A DNA stretch of 64,000 nucleotides from Zootoca vivipara (taxonomy: Eukaryota), in contig NC_083287.1 of NCBI RefSeq assembly GCF_963506605.1, positions 18,476,001 through 18,540,000 of the forward strand. The letters run 5' to 3'. Positions 49,066 through 61,597 of this stretch are shown piece by piece. The notes below the pieces were generated by a model. That model searched no databases. It was given only the letters and a program-made list of their open reading frames with translations, and had not been told where the DNA came from. How positions within the stretch are numbered: position 1 is the stretch's first letter; each line of letters opens with the position of its first letter. A program made the translations under genes and the position numbers.

Positions 49066-50099
49066 GTGCAAACATGTGTAATTTATTTGTAACCTTTCCA
49101 GAACAGAACCCTCATTTCTCATGAGAACAACTGCAATTGATGCTCAAAATGTGTTTCACATTGCTACATTTAAAACAAAACCCTAATATTCTTCAGTGCT
49201 TCTTATGAGAGGCAGGATGCCACACTGGGAAGTAATTCGTTTTCTTTATCTATCTTTTCCCATAACTTTTCTACTGTAATGTTCAACAAATATTTAAGTG
49301 CCAGCATGAAGTGGATTATTGTTAACATGTTGCAAGGAAATTGCACAGTGCTAAAGCTTGCAATAAAAATAAGCAGAACGCCCACTGTTAATACTCTGTA
49401 GTTAAGTGTATTAGCTGCCTTCAAAAGCATTAACTCCCACTCAAACAGCAATGCTATTTTGTCCAATCTATTACATTCAGAAAGTAAAAAAGAAAAGAAA
49501 AAGAAAAAGCAGTTGGGGGCTATCTGAAATCTTTATGTCCATGTGTAGCATACTCAAAACAAAATTGTTTTAATAGAACTGAAAATTGAGTGTGTGCAGG
49601 ATTTCTTACGTGCGTAACAAACAAAAAGCTTTTCCATACACTGACAAAATACTCTTTGAGAAATTACACATTTCTTTTAAGCTTCGAAGTGATGGAAAAA
49701 ACATACGGTATATCTGTTTCTTTCCTGCATTTGAAATGTGTTACCTCACACTCTGCAATACACTACAGCAGCAGGTGTTTCAGAAGGATGATGATTTGGG
49801 AAAGATGCCAAGGCATAGCCATACCAATAAGTTCACAAGATGTCAGGATAAACTATTAACAGTTTTTGTAAGGCAGGGATTCCACCTGGAAGCTAGGGAG
49901 CAGGCTGTGATGGAGAGTGTGTGAAGAGGGACTGTTAATCTGTATCATGCACAATACCAGGATCATGTGCCTTAGAAATCTGAACTATTGCCAAACAGCT
50001 CAATATAAATGTGGGGAAGAATTTGTGGTTTCATACACAATAAAAGCAAGGAAGCATAGCCTTGTACTTAGAACTTACACTTAAGGAAGGCACCCCTGC

Positions 50100-50208
50100 T
50101 GGGGCAACTGTGCCCCGAAGAACCAGGTGCGCAGCCTGGGAGTCATTGTGGACTCACAGCTGTCCATGGAAGCACAGGTCAATTCTGTGTCCAGGGCAGC
50201 GGTCTACC
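50100..50208 (+). mobile_element. Internal L2 ORF2 fragment
   Basis: QVRSLGVIVDSQLSMEAQVNSVSRAAVY; homologous to 25035-25140. Confidence 0.75.
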
Positions 50209-50719
50209 TGACATCAGGAATTACAAGACAGAGAAACCAGTAGGAGAACACTTCAATCTCCCAGGACATTCTATACAAGTTCTCAAAGTAGCTGTCTTAC
50301 TACAAAAGAATTTCAGAAATAGACTGGAAAGAGAAGTTGCTGAATTGCAACTTATCACCAAGCTCAAAACCATGGAGGGACCTGGTTTGAACAGAGACAT
50401 AGGATTCTTATGCTAAAGCGATCTTCAGCCATCTCAACCCTTGCTTTTTCATGCAAGACCATTTGCAATTGTTTACAGTCAACAGCTATCAGTCAGTCAA
50501 TCAATCACCCATTTCCACCACCCTTCTGAGTGATACCCCCTCCCCACCCTTTCCCTACATAAGCGCCTGGGGACTTCTGCTTCAGTGTATCTGAAGAAGT
50601 GTGCATGCACACAAAAGCTCATACCAAAATAAAAACTTAGTTGGTCTTTAAGGTGCTGCTGGAAGGAATTTTTTTATTTTGTTTCGACTATGTCAGACCA
50701 ACACGGCTACCTACTGTAA
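50209..50719 (+). mobile_element. Penelope-like element 3' end (GIY-YIG endonuclease C-terminus plus pseudo-LTR with hammerhead)
   Basis: KPVGEHFNLPGHSIQVLKVAVL...REVAELQLITKLKTMEGPGLN; hammerhead at 50587-50624 with GAAA changed to AAAA. Confidence 0.88.
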
Positions 50720-50738
50720 TAATAATAATAATAATAAT

Positions 50739-50774
<36 letters not shown>

Positions 50775-51444
50775 ACAGAGTTCTGCTCACAATATTTTGG
50801 AGTCAAGTCATAATGTGAATCTGAAATTTGGTTGTGCTGTAAACAAAAAAATTGCACTGAAAATACAGAAAGGAACATGAGATATTAGATGACATCAAAA
50901 AATTGGTATTCCCCAAATTTTATACTTGCATACTGTAAATAAAGTGAGATTTTATTGAACACAAGTGCAGCATCAAGGACCTGAGTCCATACACACAAGA
51001 TCCAAATGCGACCTCTCCAGCTTCACTAATAAAAGTTCCAGCCTAAAAAGTGGTTTGCCTAAAAAAGACCCAAAGTCTTCTATTAGCTTACTTTATTTAC
51101 ATTTGTACCCGGCAAGATGCATCGGGGAACACCTTAAACTTCACCACAATTGTGTGAAGAAGCTGTGAATGAACCTTTGTGCCTTGCAGTCACAATTGTT
51201 TTTATTCTTTTCTTTTACAGTGAACCTCTTTGTGATATTTTTGTGCTTTTCTACAAACATTCATGCAGCTGCTGGCATTCTGCTAGAACAAGGTAACTGG
51301 TCTTTTAACAGAAGAGATGAAGAAAATCTGAACTGAAATAAGAAATGTGTAAATCTCAAGAGATAGACAGAAACATGATCCAGGAGACTTGAGAAACTTA
51401 AGGACTATATCAACTGTTATCTTTGTTTCAAATTGACATTAGCT

Positions 51445-52243
51445 TAAGGTTACCAGATTTTTTTCAATGAATCTGGGGACGCAATCAATCAATAAATAAA
51501 TACTACACGTTCGGGGCGTTGATGCTGCAGCAATGGTGGTGGCAGAGGGGCGGCCACCGCCTTGAACTTAGCCGCCACCTTTCCCCCTCCTCTGAGGCTT
51601 CTATCTCCTTTCTCCATGAGCCTGGGCAGCCCCTGAGTTGTTGGTTCTTCGGTGGTGGTGGTGGTGGTGGGGAAGCAGTGTGTGGTGGGTCAGGCATGGA
51701 AGGCAGAGAAGGAGGGCCAAGAGCCACAGCAGTGAGGCTCAGGCAGCGCGATGGCTCCCTTCCCATCGGAGCAGCCCCAATCCCATTACTACTTGCGTGG
51801 AAGCAGGAGGGGGTGGGGATCCTTTCGGAGCAGCCTCATTCCAACTCCTACTTGCGTGCAAGCAGGAGGAGGCGGGGATCCCTCAGCTGGGAAGGGAGGC
51901 TTCCTGTTCCCTAACTGAGAGATCCCTGCCTCCTCCTGCTTGCACGCAAGCTCTGATAGGCAGCATGAAGCCTCCCTTCACAGCTTAGTTGCTGGGGTCA
52001 GGGAAGGTGGAGGCAGCCTGGAAGCTGCTTCTTAGAGCCCCTGCACCACCATCATATGGGGACTTCCAAGCAGCTCCTGAAGCCAGCCGGAGCCAACTGC
52101 TCCAGGCTGCTGAGACTGCCGCTGCTGCGTTTCCCGGGGAAATTAGATGAAATCCGGGGACATTCTGGGGATAGAATTTGTCTGGGGACTTATTCACAAA
52201 TCCAGGGACTGTCCCCGGGAAACAGGGATGCCTGGTAACCCTA
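51445..52243. mobile_element. Non-autonomous hAT element (Blackjack-like termini)
   Basis: TAAGGTTACCAG / CTGGTAACCCTA; subterminal GGGAC motifs; TSD CATTAGCT. Confidence 0.85.
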
Positions 52244-52654
52244 CATTAGCTTCCTAGGTTATAGTCTGGACACAAAGCTCAAAATCTGAATACCTTTGCA
52301 CCATCTGGAAGCACATCAGATTAGTCATTCTCTGGCAACAGAGAACTGCAATTATTCTGGTGTAATTTTAAGAAAGGCCCTGCTCATGTGTCTGCCAACA
52401 GGACACTTAGGATGGCAGGCATGAGAGACTGTTTTTTTGGCTGGGAGTGGGGAGCTCATTTATGGTACTTCTTACTCTGTTGTATTTTAGGTGGGCCTGG
52501 ACACATTTCTATTTCAGATTGCTCTTAATTGGGATTCCTTTTTGTTGCTGACTCTTCTTTTAATTGGCTGTGGGTTGCATTTTTAAATTTTCAAGGGCAA
52601 TGCTGGCTTTGGGTGCAATTGGTTACTCTGCAATTTTAATTGTGAACTTTTATA

Positions 52655-52891
52655 CAGTGGTGCCTCGCAAGACGAAATTAATTCGTTCTGCGAGTCGTTT
52701 CGTCTTGCGATAATTTCGTCTTGTGAAGCGCGGTTTGCCGTGGCAAAAAACCAAAAACCCACCAAAAAAAACCGTCTTGTGAAGCGTGGCCATAGAAAAC
52801 TTCGTCTTGCGAGTCACCAAACACATCGCAAAACGCTTTCATCTTGTGAATTTTTCGTTGCGTGAGGCATTCGTCTTGCGAGGTACCACTG
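52655..52891. mobile_element. Tigger-like MITE, complete
   Basis: TIR CAGTGGTGCCTCGCAAGACGAA / TTCGTCTTGCGAGGTACCACTG; TA TSD. Confidence 0.9.
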
Positions 52892-53569
52892 TATTTTGTT
52901 TTACAGTGTTCTGCTTGCCACCTTGGAAAAACACAATTAAGCCAGTGGAATAGTGCAGAGTGGTCTTTGACTAATTGTATATCTCTCAGTGTATATTGGT
53001 CCAATTACTAATTGAAACATATGAAAAGAGGAACAGATTGGTATGACTGGTACATGATAAGGGTCTGGAATTGTGCAGAGCACAGATATTTTGTACGAAT
53101 CTGGAAACTGAAGTAGAACTATGAGAACCTATGCTCTCTTTTTAAATAATGAATGCCAGTGAGCATGGTTCACAACCTTTTCTGCAGCACAGGTGTACCC
53201 CTCCTGAGGCACTTTTGGGCCCCCAACTTTTTAAGGGGGGCAGGCCACCCTCAATATTCAGAGGATGTTCGGCTCCATCCCCTGGCTCTTCATGACATTG
53301 CACTTGTGATGTCAGGATGTTGTGTCCAGCCCCCTCAATCATCTTGAGATGTTGGCGCCTCTGCCTCCAGCAATAGCATAGAAGCCAACTCCCAGCATAC
53401 CACAAGAACACCTGGGAGAGAGAGACCACTGACACCTCTCTGGTTAAGGGATAAGGTTCTGAAACAGAGCAGAATGGGCACCTACAGGCTTGCAGTTCTT
53501 AGTTGAAGATTGGTAAAAATGCTTTTCCCAGTCACGGAAATATCTGTGGAATTCAGCACTGCAGCTGAA

Positions 53570-53725
53570 AAGGACCATATTTGGTGGTAGAACACATGCC
53601 ATGAATGCAAAAAGTACCAGGTTTAGTGCTTGGCATCTCCAAATAGAGCTAGCATAGACCCCTGTCTGAATCCCTGAATAACTGTTGGCATTCAGCACAC
53701 ACACTAAACTAGGTGGACCGATGGC
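53570..53725 (+). mobile_element. Old tRNA-derived SINE
   Basis: Degenerate A box (GTGGTAGAACAC) and B box, tail ACTAAACTAGGTGGACC; related tail at 21270-21320. Confidence 0.5.
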
Positions 53726-53838
53726 CTAATTCCAAGGTCGCAGGTTCGTTTCCATATAGGACAGCTGCATATTCCTGCATTGCAGGGGGGTCGGACTAGA
53801 TGATCCTCAGGGTCCAACTCTACAATTTTATGACTCTA
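53726..53838 (+). mobile_element. SINE with tRNA-Ile-like head remnant and CR1-like tail
   Basis: CCAAGGTCGCAGGTTCG resembles tRNA-Ile; followed by ATTCCTGCATTGCAGGGGG...CCAACTCTACAATTTTATGA. Confidence 0.6.
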
Positions 53839-54605
53839 AGACAGGTTATATTCCAGTGCTTCTAGTGCTATGTGATATTACAGTGCTATGGATTGGTTGT
53901 TGTCCTTCAGTTGCAGAGACCTTTTTGAAAATATGCTGGAACCACCACCAAAATACTCTAGGTTGAAATGCTCAGGGGACAGAGCTCCCCATCGCTCATC
54001 CTTGTGCCTTCCCATTACGTTCCTCTGGCCTAAATCTCTCTTTTCTTGTCATAACACTTTTTGGAAACACATGCACCACCACCACCACCAACTGACCCCA
54101 GAAAGAGAGTTGATGTTTTTTTAAAAAAGTAAAAGATGCATTATAAAGAAATTGTGACGAGTTTAAAGTTTTATAAAACTGCTTATAACCCTAAGCATCT
54201 AGAAAACGGCAAACTGAAAAGTTAATGATTCATAATGAGTTGTTCAGGCAAGCACATTATACATTCATGTTCCCAAGAGTTAATTAGAAAAAATATATAT
54301 AGTACCATAAAATCCAGGAAGATTAGAATAGGTGCTAAGCCTTTAATTTAGCATCTTTACCACTAGTAGTATTTTAACATTAGACAGTCACTAGCAAATG
54401 TGATAGTATCCACATTTTGCCACTTAACATCACTACTGCTGTAACTGTAACACAGAGGCATTAGTAAAATTACATATTTCTTTCCAGAATATTAACATTA
54501 GCAGCAGGAAACCCAAACCACTGAAAATCTGAAGAGTTGTCCAGATGAAAACTTATGTAAAGAGAAATACATTTTACATTCCAAAAAAATAGGTTCACAG
54601 TTCTT

Positions 54606-56712
54606 TTTTTTTTAACATAATTTTTATTGATTTTACAAATTACAAAAAACGGTACATACATAAACACCTTTTCCACCTTCTTCCCACCCCCCTCCATGGG
54701 ACCTCCCCTGCCACAGAAGTATCCCACGCAGGTGAACAGTCAGAGGTGGTCCATTTTATGGTTGGATTTCTGTCCCCCTCCCCCTCCCCTGCCCCCAAAG
54801 CCCCCCCCCCCTGCCACCAGAGAGCTCCAGGAAACCAGGGCAGTATGCAGAAAGTCATCCATCCAACCATCTATTCTCATACCAAAAAAAAAAAATTAAA
54901 AAAAAGAAGAAAAAGAGAAAGAAAAAAAAGAAAAAAAAGGAAAAACAAAACAAAACAAAAATAATCTTTTTTCCATTCATAATTGATAAACCATATTTTG
55001 TGGGCTTCCCCAACCTCCCCCCTTCCCCGGTTTTCATCCCTTTTTTATCCTCTTCAACAGTTTCTTATTCTGTAAGATAATTACCTTTATACCTTATACT
55101 ACTTTAAACCTTAGCTATTATCATTTTCACCTAATATCCAAATCACTGAAAAATCAAACTCCCATTTTTTCTTCCCGTGCCTAATTTTTATCCCCTCTAT
55201 AAGCCTCCATATTTTCACCTTTTTCCAAAATCAATTCACTTTTTAAACTATAACTATTCCCAATCTAACCTTTCATCCCCGATTTCCGGCTACAACCCCC
55301 CCAATCCAGCAAGTTCCGTAGTCAGCAGTCCAGTTTTAATCCTAGTAATCCATCCTATTAATCACAACTTCACTTTCCCTTCACCCCACCCCCTTTTTAC
55401 AGTTTTTTGCCATCCAGGCCTCCATACAGCACCCCTGAGTTTCTTCTCTTCTCTGCTTATTTTTTTCCTCTTCCCTGTGGGCATTCTGGAGTTCCAGTAA
55501 ATCCAATCGTACCCCCCTCAAAGGAGGGGCACTCCACCTGACTTTTTGTAGAGTAAAATCATCTTTTTTTTCGTGGTGAGCTTCATTTTGTATTATATTG
55601 TCACAGTCCTCATTTTCATCTTTTCGTTCCAAATCACAGTCCCCATCATTGTCAAAATCCTCCAAATCACTGTCACTATCACTGTCATTCTCACACTCGT
55701 CTTCCTCAGTTTCAATAGCTTCATCCTCTAAGAAGTCATATTCTGCCATCACCATCTGGAATTGTTGCTTTAACTCTTGCTGTTGTGTCTCCTCTTGACA
55801 TAGTTCTATTCTTACTTCCCACATTAAGGTCAAAACAGTCCGCTGGAACTCAGGCGAATACCTTTTTGTTGACATAGTTCAATCCTGTCAAGGTCAAAAC
55901 TTGTCACATGGGGTGGAAAATGGTCACAGTTTATTTTCTCGACTCCATTTTAACAAGCTGGCTGCATTCTCCAAGGCTTATTAAAAATAAAGTTCAAACT
56001 CACATTTCAAAAGCATATAAACCAAAAAAAGGATTTCCAAAAAGTCCAAAAATAGAAATAAAAATAAAATTCCACTTATAGATCCTGATCAGCTCACTGG
56101 GTTGTCTGGGCTGCCGGCTCCCGGGGAAAAGAAAGGTCTTTCTTCATCTTAACCTCTTTCTGCAGGGTATTCACAACCACAGTCTTTCTCCCCTTTTACC
56201 CTGCATCTAGGGGAGGTCCTCTTTGATGCCTTTGAGGGAACCTTTTAAATTGAAATCTTCTATTTACGGCTTCGGGTTTCTATTTACTGTCTCTTAAGTT
56301 GCCGGTGGGGTGGGGGTGGCTTCCTCTTTTTTCCCCTCTCTCCCAAATCCAAATTATTTTATAATCCAAATCGTGAGATTACTTACACTCTTATTTCCAA
56401 TCGTTTTTTTCAGAAGAATCCAGCGCTCTCCGCCTTCGGCTTGAAGCTTCTCTCCGCTAGGGTAACGTTGTCGCTCAAGATGGCCCCCGCGACTTCTACC
56501 CTCCTCGCTCTGGAGCTCTTATTAGAGCTTGCCGGAGAGTTGGGGAGTCCGGATTGGGGCTCTGCCGAGCAAAATCGCCCCCGGGACGCTCTTCCCAAGG
56601 TTCTAAGGGGCGCAGCGTCGCTCTCGCTGCCCTCCCCACTCCTAGCAGAGACGGGCCGTCTCGGAGACGAGACGGGACCCCGCCGATCGGCGCTGGCGCT
56701 GAACCGGAAGCC
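54606..56712 (-). mobile_element. Complete 2.1-kb non-autonomous L1-mobilised retroelement
   Basis: 16-bp TSD TAGGTTCACAGTTCTT (54590-54605 and 56713-56728); TT/AAGA target; CpG-rich 5' end GGCTTCCGG; AATAAA and poly(A). Confidence 0.9.
55381..55875 (-). CDS. Hypothetical 164-aa acidic/coiled-coil protein within the 2.1-kb element
   Basis: ATG-initiated uninterrupted ORF in the element's sense orientation; D/E-rich middle. Confidence 0.45.
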   Translation of the reverse strand: MSTKRYSPEFQRTVLTLMWEVRIELCQEETQQQELKQQFQMVMAEYDFLEDEAIETEEDECENDSDSDSDLEDFDNDGDCDLERKDENEDCDNIIQNEAHHEKKDDFTLQKVRWSAPPLRGVRLDLLELQNAHREEEKNKQRREETQGCCMEAWMAKNCKKGVG

Positions 56713-57059
56713 TAGGTTCACAGTTCTTAAGGCTTTGCTAAATATTCTCAACTGAATGTAATTGGTGATTTCTGGATCCAGAACGTAAACCGAATCCCCC
56801 TTGCTTCTATTTTCATTGCCCATTCATCTCTCTCTTTCCTGCCTCCATACCCTGATTCACTGCTATTCTTACATTTCTTTCTTTCCTCTTTCCTAAATGA
56901 CCACAGAAATTGTGGTTCCAGATAGGTAGATTTTGCTGTGGAATGGGGTCAGAGGAAAAACGAAGCCAATGCAGAGTAAGGTAATATTTCCTGCATTGCA
57001 TTTTCCTCACTCTGAATTACGTGACAGGAAAAGAGGTTAGCTATAATGCAAGTCATACA

Positions 57060-58950
57060 GGGTATTTTTACATTTGGAAGAACTAAAAGGATAGTCGTTG
57101 TGGGCTGATACATTATTCAGATGTGTGGCAGAAGCACTCTTTGAACTGGACCACAGAAATAGATCTCCAGATCACTGCAGAACTATGTGAATGTGGTGCA
57201 CACCAGGACAAGCCCTCAAGATAGGACACATTCTGCTGCCCAGCCCATTGTGTTCTTGGATAGTATGGCTATATTGTTGATTGAAGGGTATTCTTTAGGA
57301 TTGTTGTGATTCCTTGTACCATGAAAGAGTCATGCTCTGGATGGCTTGTATTGTTTGGGGGAAGTTCTGCTAAATCCAAGCATGCATAGAAGGTTGGCTT
57401 CAGCGCTGAGAGAGCTTGCTCTTAATTGTCACCTCTTTGCTGTACAGGCAGTTTACAAAGCAAATAAATCCAAGGTGGAAGAGCCATAAATATTTTTGTA
57501 ACGTCTGACAGATTCAAATGAATTTGTACAATTACTGTCACAAATGAGCCTTGAGTGAAATTACCTTATTAGAACACTGCAATTAAAGATCTCTTGGCTA
57601 ATATTATTTCCTTTTTACAGTCAATGAAAACAATTCTGATGCCAGTGAAGAGTGATTACTGCAAATTTGTCTCACTGCCTGGGAGACTGTCATAGCATGC
57701 TGTTACTTTAAAAGAGGTTCAAGGCATTATTACATAAAACTAAATATTGTGAGATAGGAATTTACGGTAAGTATATAGATAGGAAACGGAAAATGCCAAT
57801 GATCCAAAATGCCAACTTTCTCTTGTAGCACAGGAAACTGGTTGCCAGAGAGGCCTCTCCAGTATTGGAGATATGAAAATCATTTCTGGAAAAGAGTTTG
57901 AAACAAAGCCCCTGAGAAAGTATAAAGAAAAGTACCTTGTAAACGGGGGTTAGGCTACTAAATTATATCTAAATATATATGCATTTTTTTCAAGGGGAAA
58001 TTACAGCAAGCTGGGGGGGGGTTGTCAGTCATTGTGCTCATTTTCAAAAGGTGATAAAAGTAGATCAATACAAGTGGAAAGCATCAAAGTACTGTCGCTA
58101 GCATTAAATTGAGCATCTTTCTCCTCCCTCATGATACAAATGTACTGCACTACACACTTTCATGGCTCTAATGGGGTGTTGCTTGTGCATCAGAGGCACC
58201 TCAGAATAGAAGTATTTCTGCATTCTTACATACTGATAATTTAGGAGAAAGTGAACTTGACATGGTAAGCAGCAAAAATCTACAGGATGGGAAGTGACAT
58301 GGTGTGTAAGGAAAGTGACAGGATGATGATGTTGTCACTACCACAACTATTCCATAATTCTAGAATGTGCTTCTAAGAACAATGTTACTTATATTTGATA
58401 TTGGGAACATCAGCGCAAAACAGCATGTTGAAGAACATGTAGAAGAAAACAGGGGACTTGCAGACCACAAAGTTTTGTGGATAACAAGCTGTGGCAAAAC
58501 ATTATACCAATTTTCCCTCTTTGAGAGAACAGTTGGTTTGGAGAATAAAGGAATAACATCTTGAGTACAAATATGCACTGGGAACAGATAATTCAATCTG
58601 CAATGAGGCAATCTGCAATCCACTGGAACTTTCCAAGCCAAATGTCAATAATTTTGATGCCATGAAATAGGCAAGGTGACAGAATTGATACTCTAAAGGA
58701 GCCTGCTTTGCACTTTATGTTCTTATATATCTCTGATAATTACTTGAATGAAGAAATCGCAAGTATGATGATATAAAGTTGGGAGGAATTGCAGACACGG
58801 ATGGAAATACATTCAAAATAGTCCTTGTGAAATGTTGTTCTAGGCTGCAGGCAATAAAATGATGGTGTTAATATATACATTTGAAGGTGTATATATTGAT
58901 AAGAAAAATAATGTGCACAAATGATGCACCTGAGAGACTGTTAAAGTTCT
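57060..58950 (+). mobile_element. Very old CR1/L3 remnant (bounds approximate)
   Basis: DDIKLGGIADT-like RT segment at about 58766-58800 plus upstream degenerate ORF2-like stretches. Confidence 0.4.
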
Positions 58951-59302
58951 AGCACCAATGTGGGCCACGCCCCACAGGGGGGTAATATGATTTTTAAGGG
59001 GTGCAATTTGAGAATTGAGTTATTAACAGCTAACAGCTAATGGCCACAGGAATAGGAGTTCACTTTTTGAATAATAAGAATTATATGTCACGGGGGAGGG
59101 GGGAGAGATCAGGATTTTAGAGATGCTTAGGTGGGGCATGGGCAAAAAAGGGCTGGGAACCACTGCTCAGTCTAGCATCACTGAAAACAACCAGGTATTT
59201 TAATGGATTGTAATTTAAACACAAATCTACAGTTGGATATGATTGTTATCTACTACATAGGTTATCTGGGCTACAGTAAGAAGCACTTTATGCAAGAGTG
59301 AG

Positions 59303-59525
59303 AGAGCCTGTGTGGTACAGTGGTTAGACAGTGATAGATTTAGAATTGGGGAGATCTGGATTCAAATCTCCACTTAGTGCCATGAAGCTCACTGGAAGAT
59401 GTTGAGCCATTAACAAACTCTCAGCGTAACCGATTTCAAGGGTTGTAATGAGGACAAACATATGGAAAGCACCAGACTTCCTCTGAGCTCCCTGGAGAAA
59501 GGGTAGAATATATATGTAAATAAGA
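59303..59525 (+). mobile_element. tRNA-derived CORE/Squam3-like SINE
   Basis: GTGGTACAGTGGTTAGA (A box), GGATTCAAATCTCC (B box), GCCATGAAGCTCACTGG, L2-like tail. Confidence 0.7.
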
Positions 59526-60726
59526 ATATTAATGATGAAGCTCCTGCAGCAGCAAAACGCTCTGTTGGCAGTGGTTAATGCCATATTCCAGTTTTTGCTT
59601 GCATTTTTTTTAAAAATCTGAAAGCGAACTGTGATCCAGATGAGTGACTTTGGAAAACTAGCACATAACACACACCCCTCCTAAAAGGAACTAGCTATGT
59701 ATAGCTTAGCGAAACAAAGATTAGACAGTGGCAAGATTGAAGCATATCCTGCAACATTCTGGTTTAATAATCAAGGTCATGGAATATTTAAGAACCCCTC
59801 GCCTAGTCTCAGCAAATAATTGACAGGGGAATCTTTGTAATCACTGTCAATCTCTTCCTAAAAGCCACAAAGATGAAGTATAGATCCAAATGTCACACAG
59901 GGGTAATACAAGCTCTTTTCACAGAGCTAAATGTTAACTGTATGGAATTAAATTTTAACTTGCCTACATGAAATATAGAATTAAGTGTAATTGTTAAAGG
60001 ATTCAGGTTCAGTTTGCTAAATGTATGATCCGCCATTGTAATTACTTCAAAACATTCCATTTAAAAGTTTTAAATAGCCTTGCTAGATGTAAGGCATGTT
60101 AGCCTTTTCTTTCCATTTATCCTATGCAACTCAATGGTAAAACTCCAGCTGAACTCATATAGGTTGAAGCTAATGTCATATCTGCTTCACAACTGATGAC
60201 ACTTGTAGTTGTGTAATATATTATCTTCAGTAACTCATAGAAGCACACTCAGAGCTCAGCAGTGTAGTTGGGGGGAAAGGCAGACGGGCATGGAATAGCA
60301 TGAACTGAAGAAAAATTGTTGTTTTAAATTGTTTACATCTCTCCAGTAAATCCTTCATTCTATTCAAACTATAGTTGCCCCTCCTTCTTACCTGCCTTAC
60401 TGTATTACAGTAGTTTTTGTCTGTGCAAACTGACACACAACATCCTTCCCATTGCTCACTATACTACATAGGGCCTAGATGACCCTTGTGGTCCCACAGA
60501 ACTCTACAATTCTATGATTATTTCAAGATGCGGCTTTTCTTCCTGACTTTAGGTACAACTGAAGAAGATAAGGGGAAATCTAGTCTTTTTAAGAATGGCA
60601 AATGCAGCCACAGTGATACCTAATTTCGGACAGTGGCCACAGTTAGTTCCGGGGCAGAAATCTTCCCCTCTGTGCAGCTTTATCCCCAACAGGAGGCAAA
60701 CAGCAGATCCAGGGGATGGGACTCAG

Positions 60727-60841
60727 CAGGGCTGTCTCAAGCCGGTCGGGCGCCCTGGCGCTGTGGCATGGAGATCGCTCCGGCGCCCTCCTGCCTGCCT
60801 GGCGCCCTGCACCACCGAGACTACCCCTAGCGCCGGGGCTG
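60727..60841. mobile_element. GC-rich hAT MITE
   Basis: CAG...CTG termini; repeated GGCGCCCT; TSD GGACTCAG. Confidence 0.75.
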
Positions 60842-61035
60842 GGACTCAGATGGGGAAAAGGTTCCTGTGCCCCAGCATCTGAATTAAGCTACATATATTC
60901 CTCTACAAGCCTACAGGAGAGCTATTTTGTTATTTAACTGATTCCTTGCAAAAGAAAAACTACTGGCAACACACTAACTGTTGTCTAGTTAACTGCAAGT
61001 GACTAACAACTCTGATAAAGGAAATTAAAAGACAC

Positions 61036-61164
61036 TTTCTAAAGAAGTGTGCATGCACACGAAAGCTCATACCAAAATGAAAACTTAGTTGGTCTTTAAG
61101 GTGCTACTGAAGGAATTTTTTTATTTTGCTTTGACTCAGACCAACACGGCTACCTACCTGTAAC
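61036..61164 (+). mobile_element. Penelope pseudo-LTR fragment with damaged hammerhead
   Basis: Matches 50591-50719; flanked by 10-bp duplication TAAAAGACAC. Confidence 0.82.
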
Positions 61165-61200
61165 TAAAAGACACATTGTCTCAGAAAAATGCCTTTATAG

Positions 61201-61597
61201 CAGGACTTTTCCTACCAAGTGGGTTGCAGGAGTACTTCAATATGGAAGTCGTGGGCCACACACTGCCTTGCTGCATGGGAGGGTGAAAATGAGGCCAAAA
61301 CTTGACACCCCCACCCCACCCCTCACACTGCCTTCCCAAAGCCAGCTAAGCAAGGTACCAGGCTCTGGGAAGGAGGCACAAGGCTCTGGTAGGGTAGGGT
61401 CCTAGAGCCCCCACTTCCTTCCCAAAGCTGGGAAAGTGCTAACTAAGCTTTGGGAAGGGGGTGTGCAGACTCTAGGACCCAGTGGCTCGCTTATCTGGCT
61501 TTGTGAATGCAGTGTGAGGGCCAGGTAGGGGCGTTAAATGTTGCTGTAGGCTGCAAAAAAAAGCCTTGAGGGCTTGGACACATGTTGGACCACCCTG
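61201..61597. mobile_element. hAT MITE
   Basis: CAGG...CCCTG termini; TSD CTTTATAG. Confidence 0.72.

Noticed and set aside
51503-52238. Several 60-130-aa ORFs
   Set aside because: GC-rich filler of a non-autonomous hAT element; no transposase motifs.
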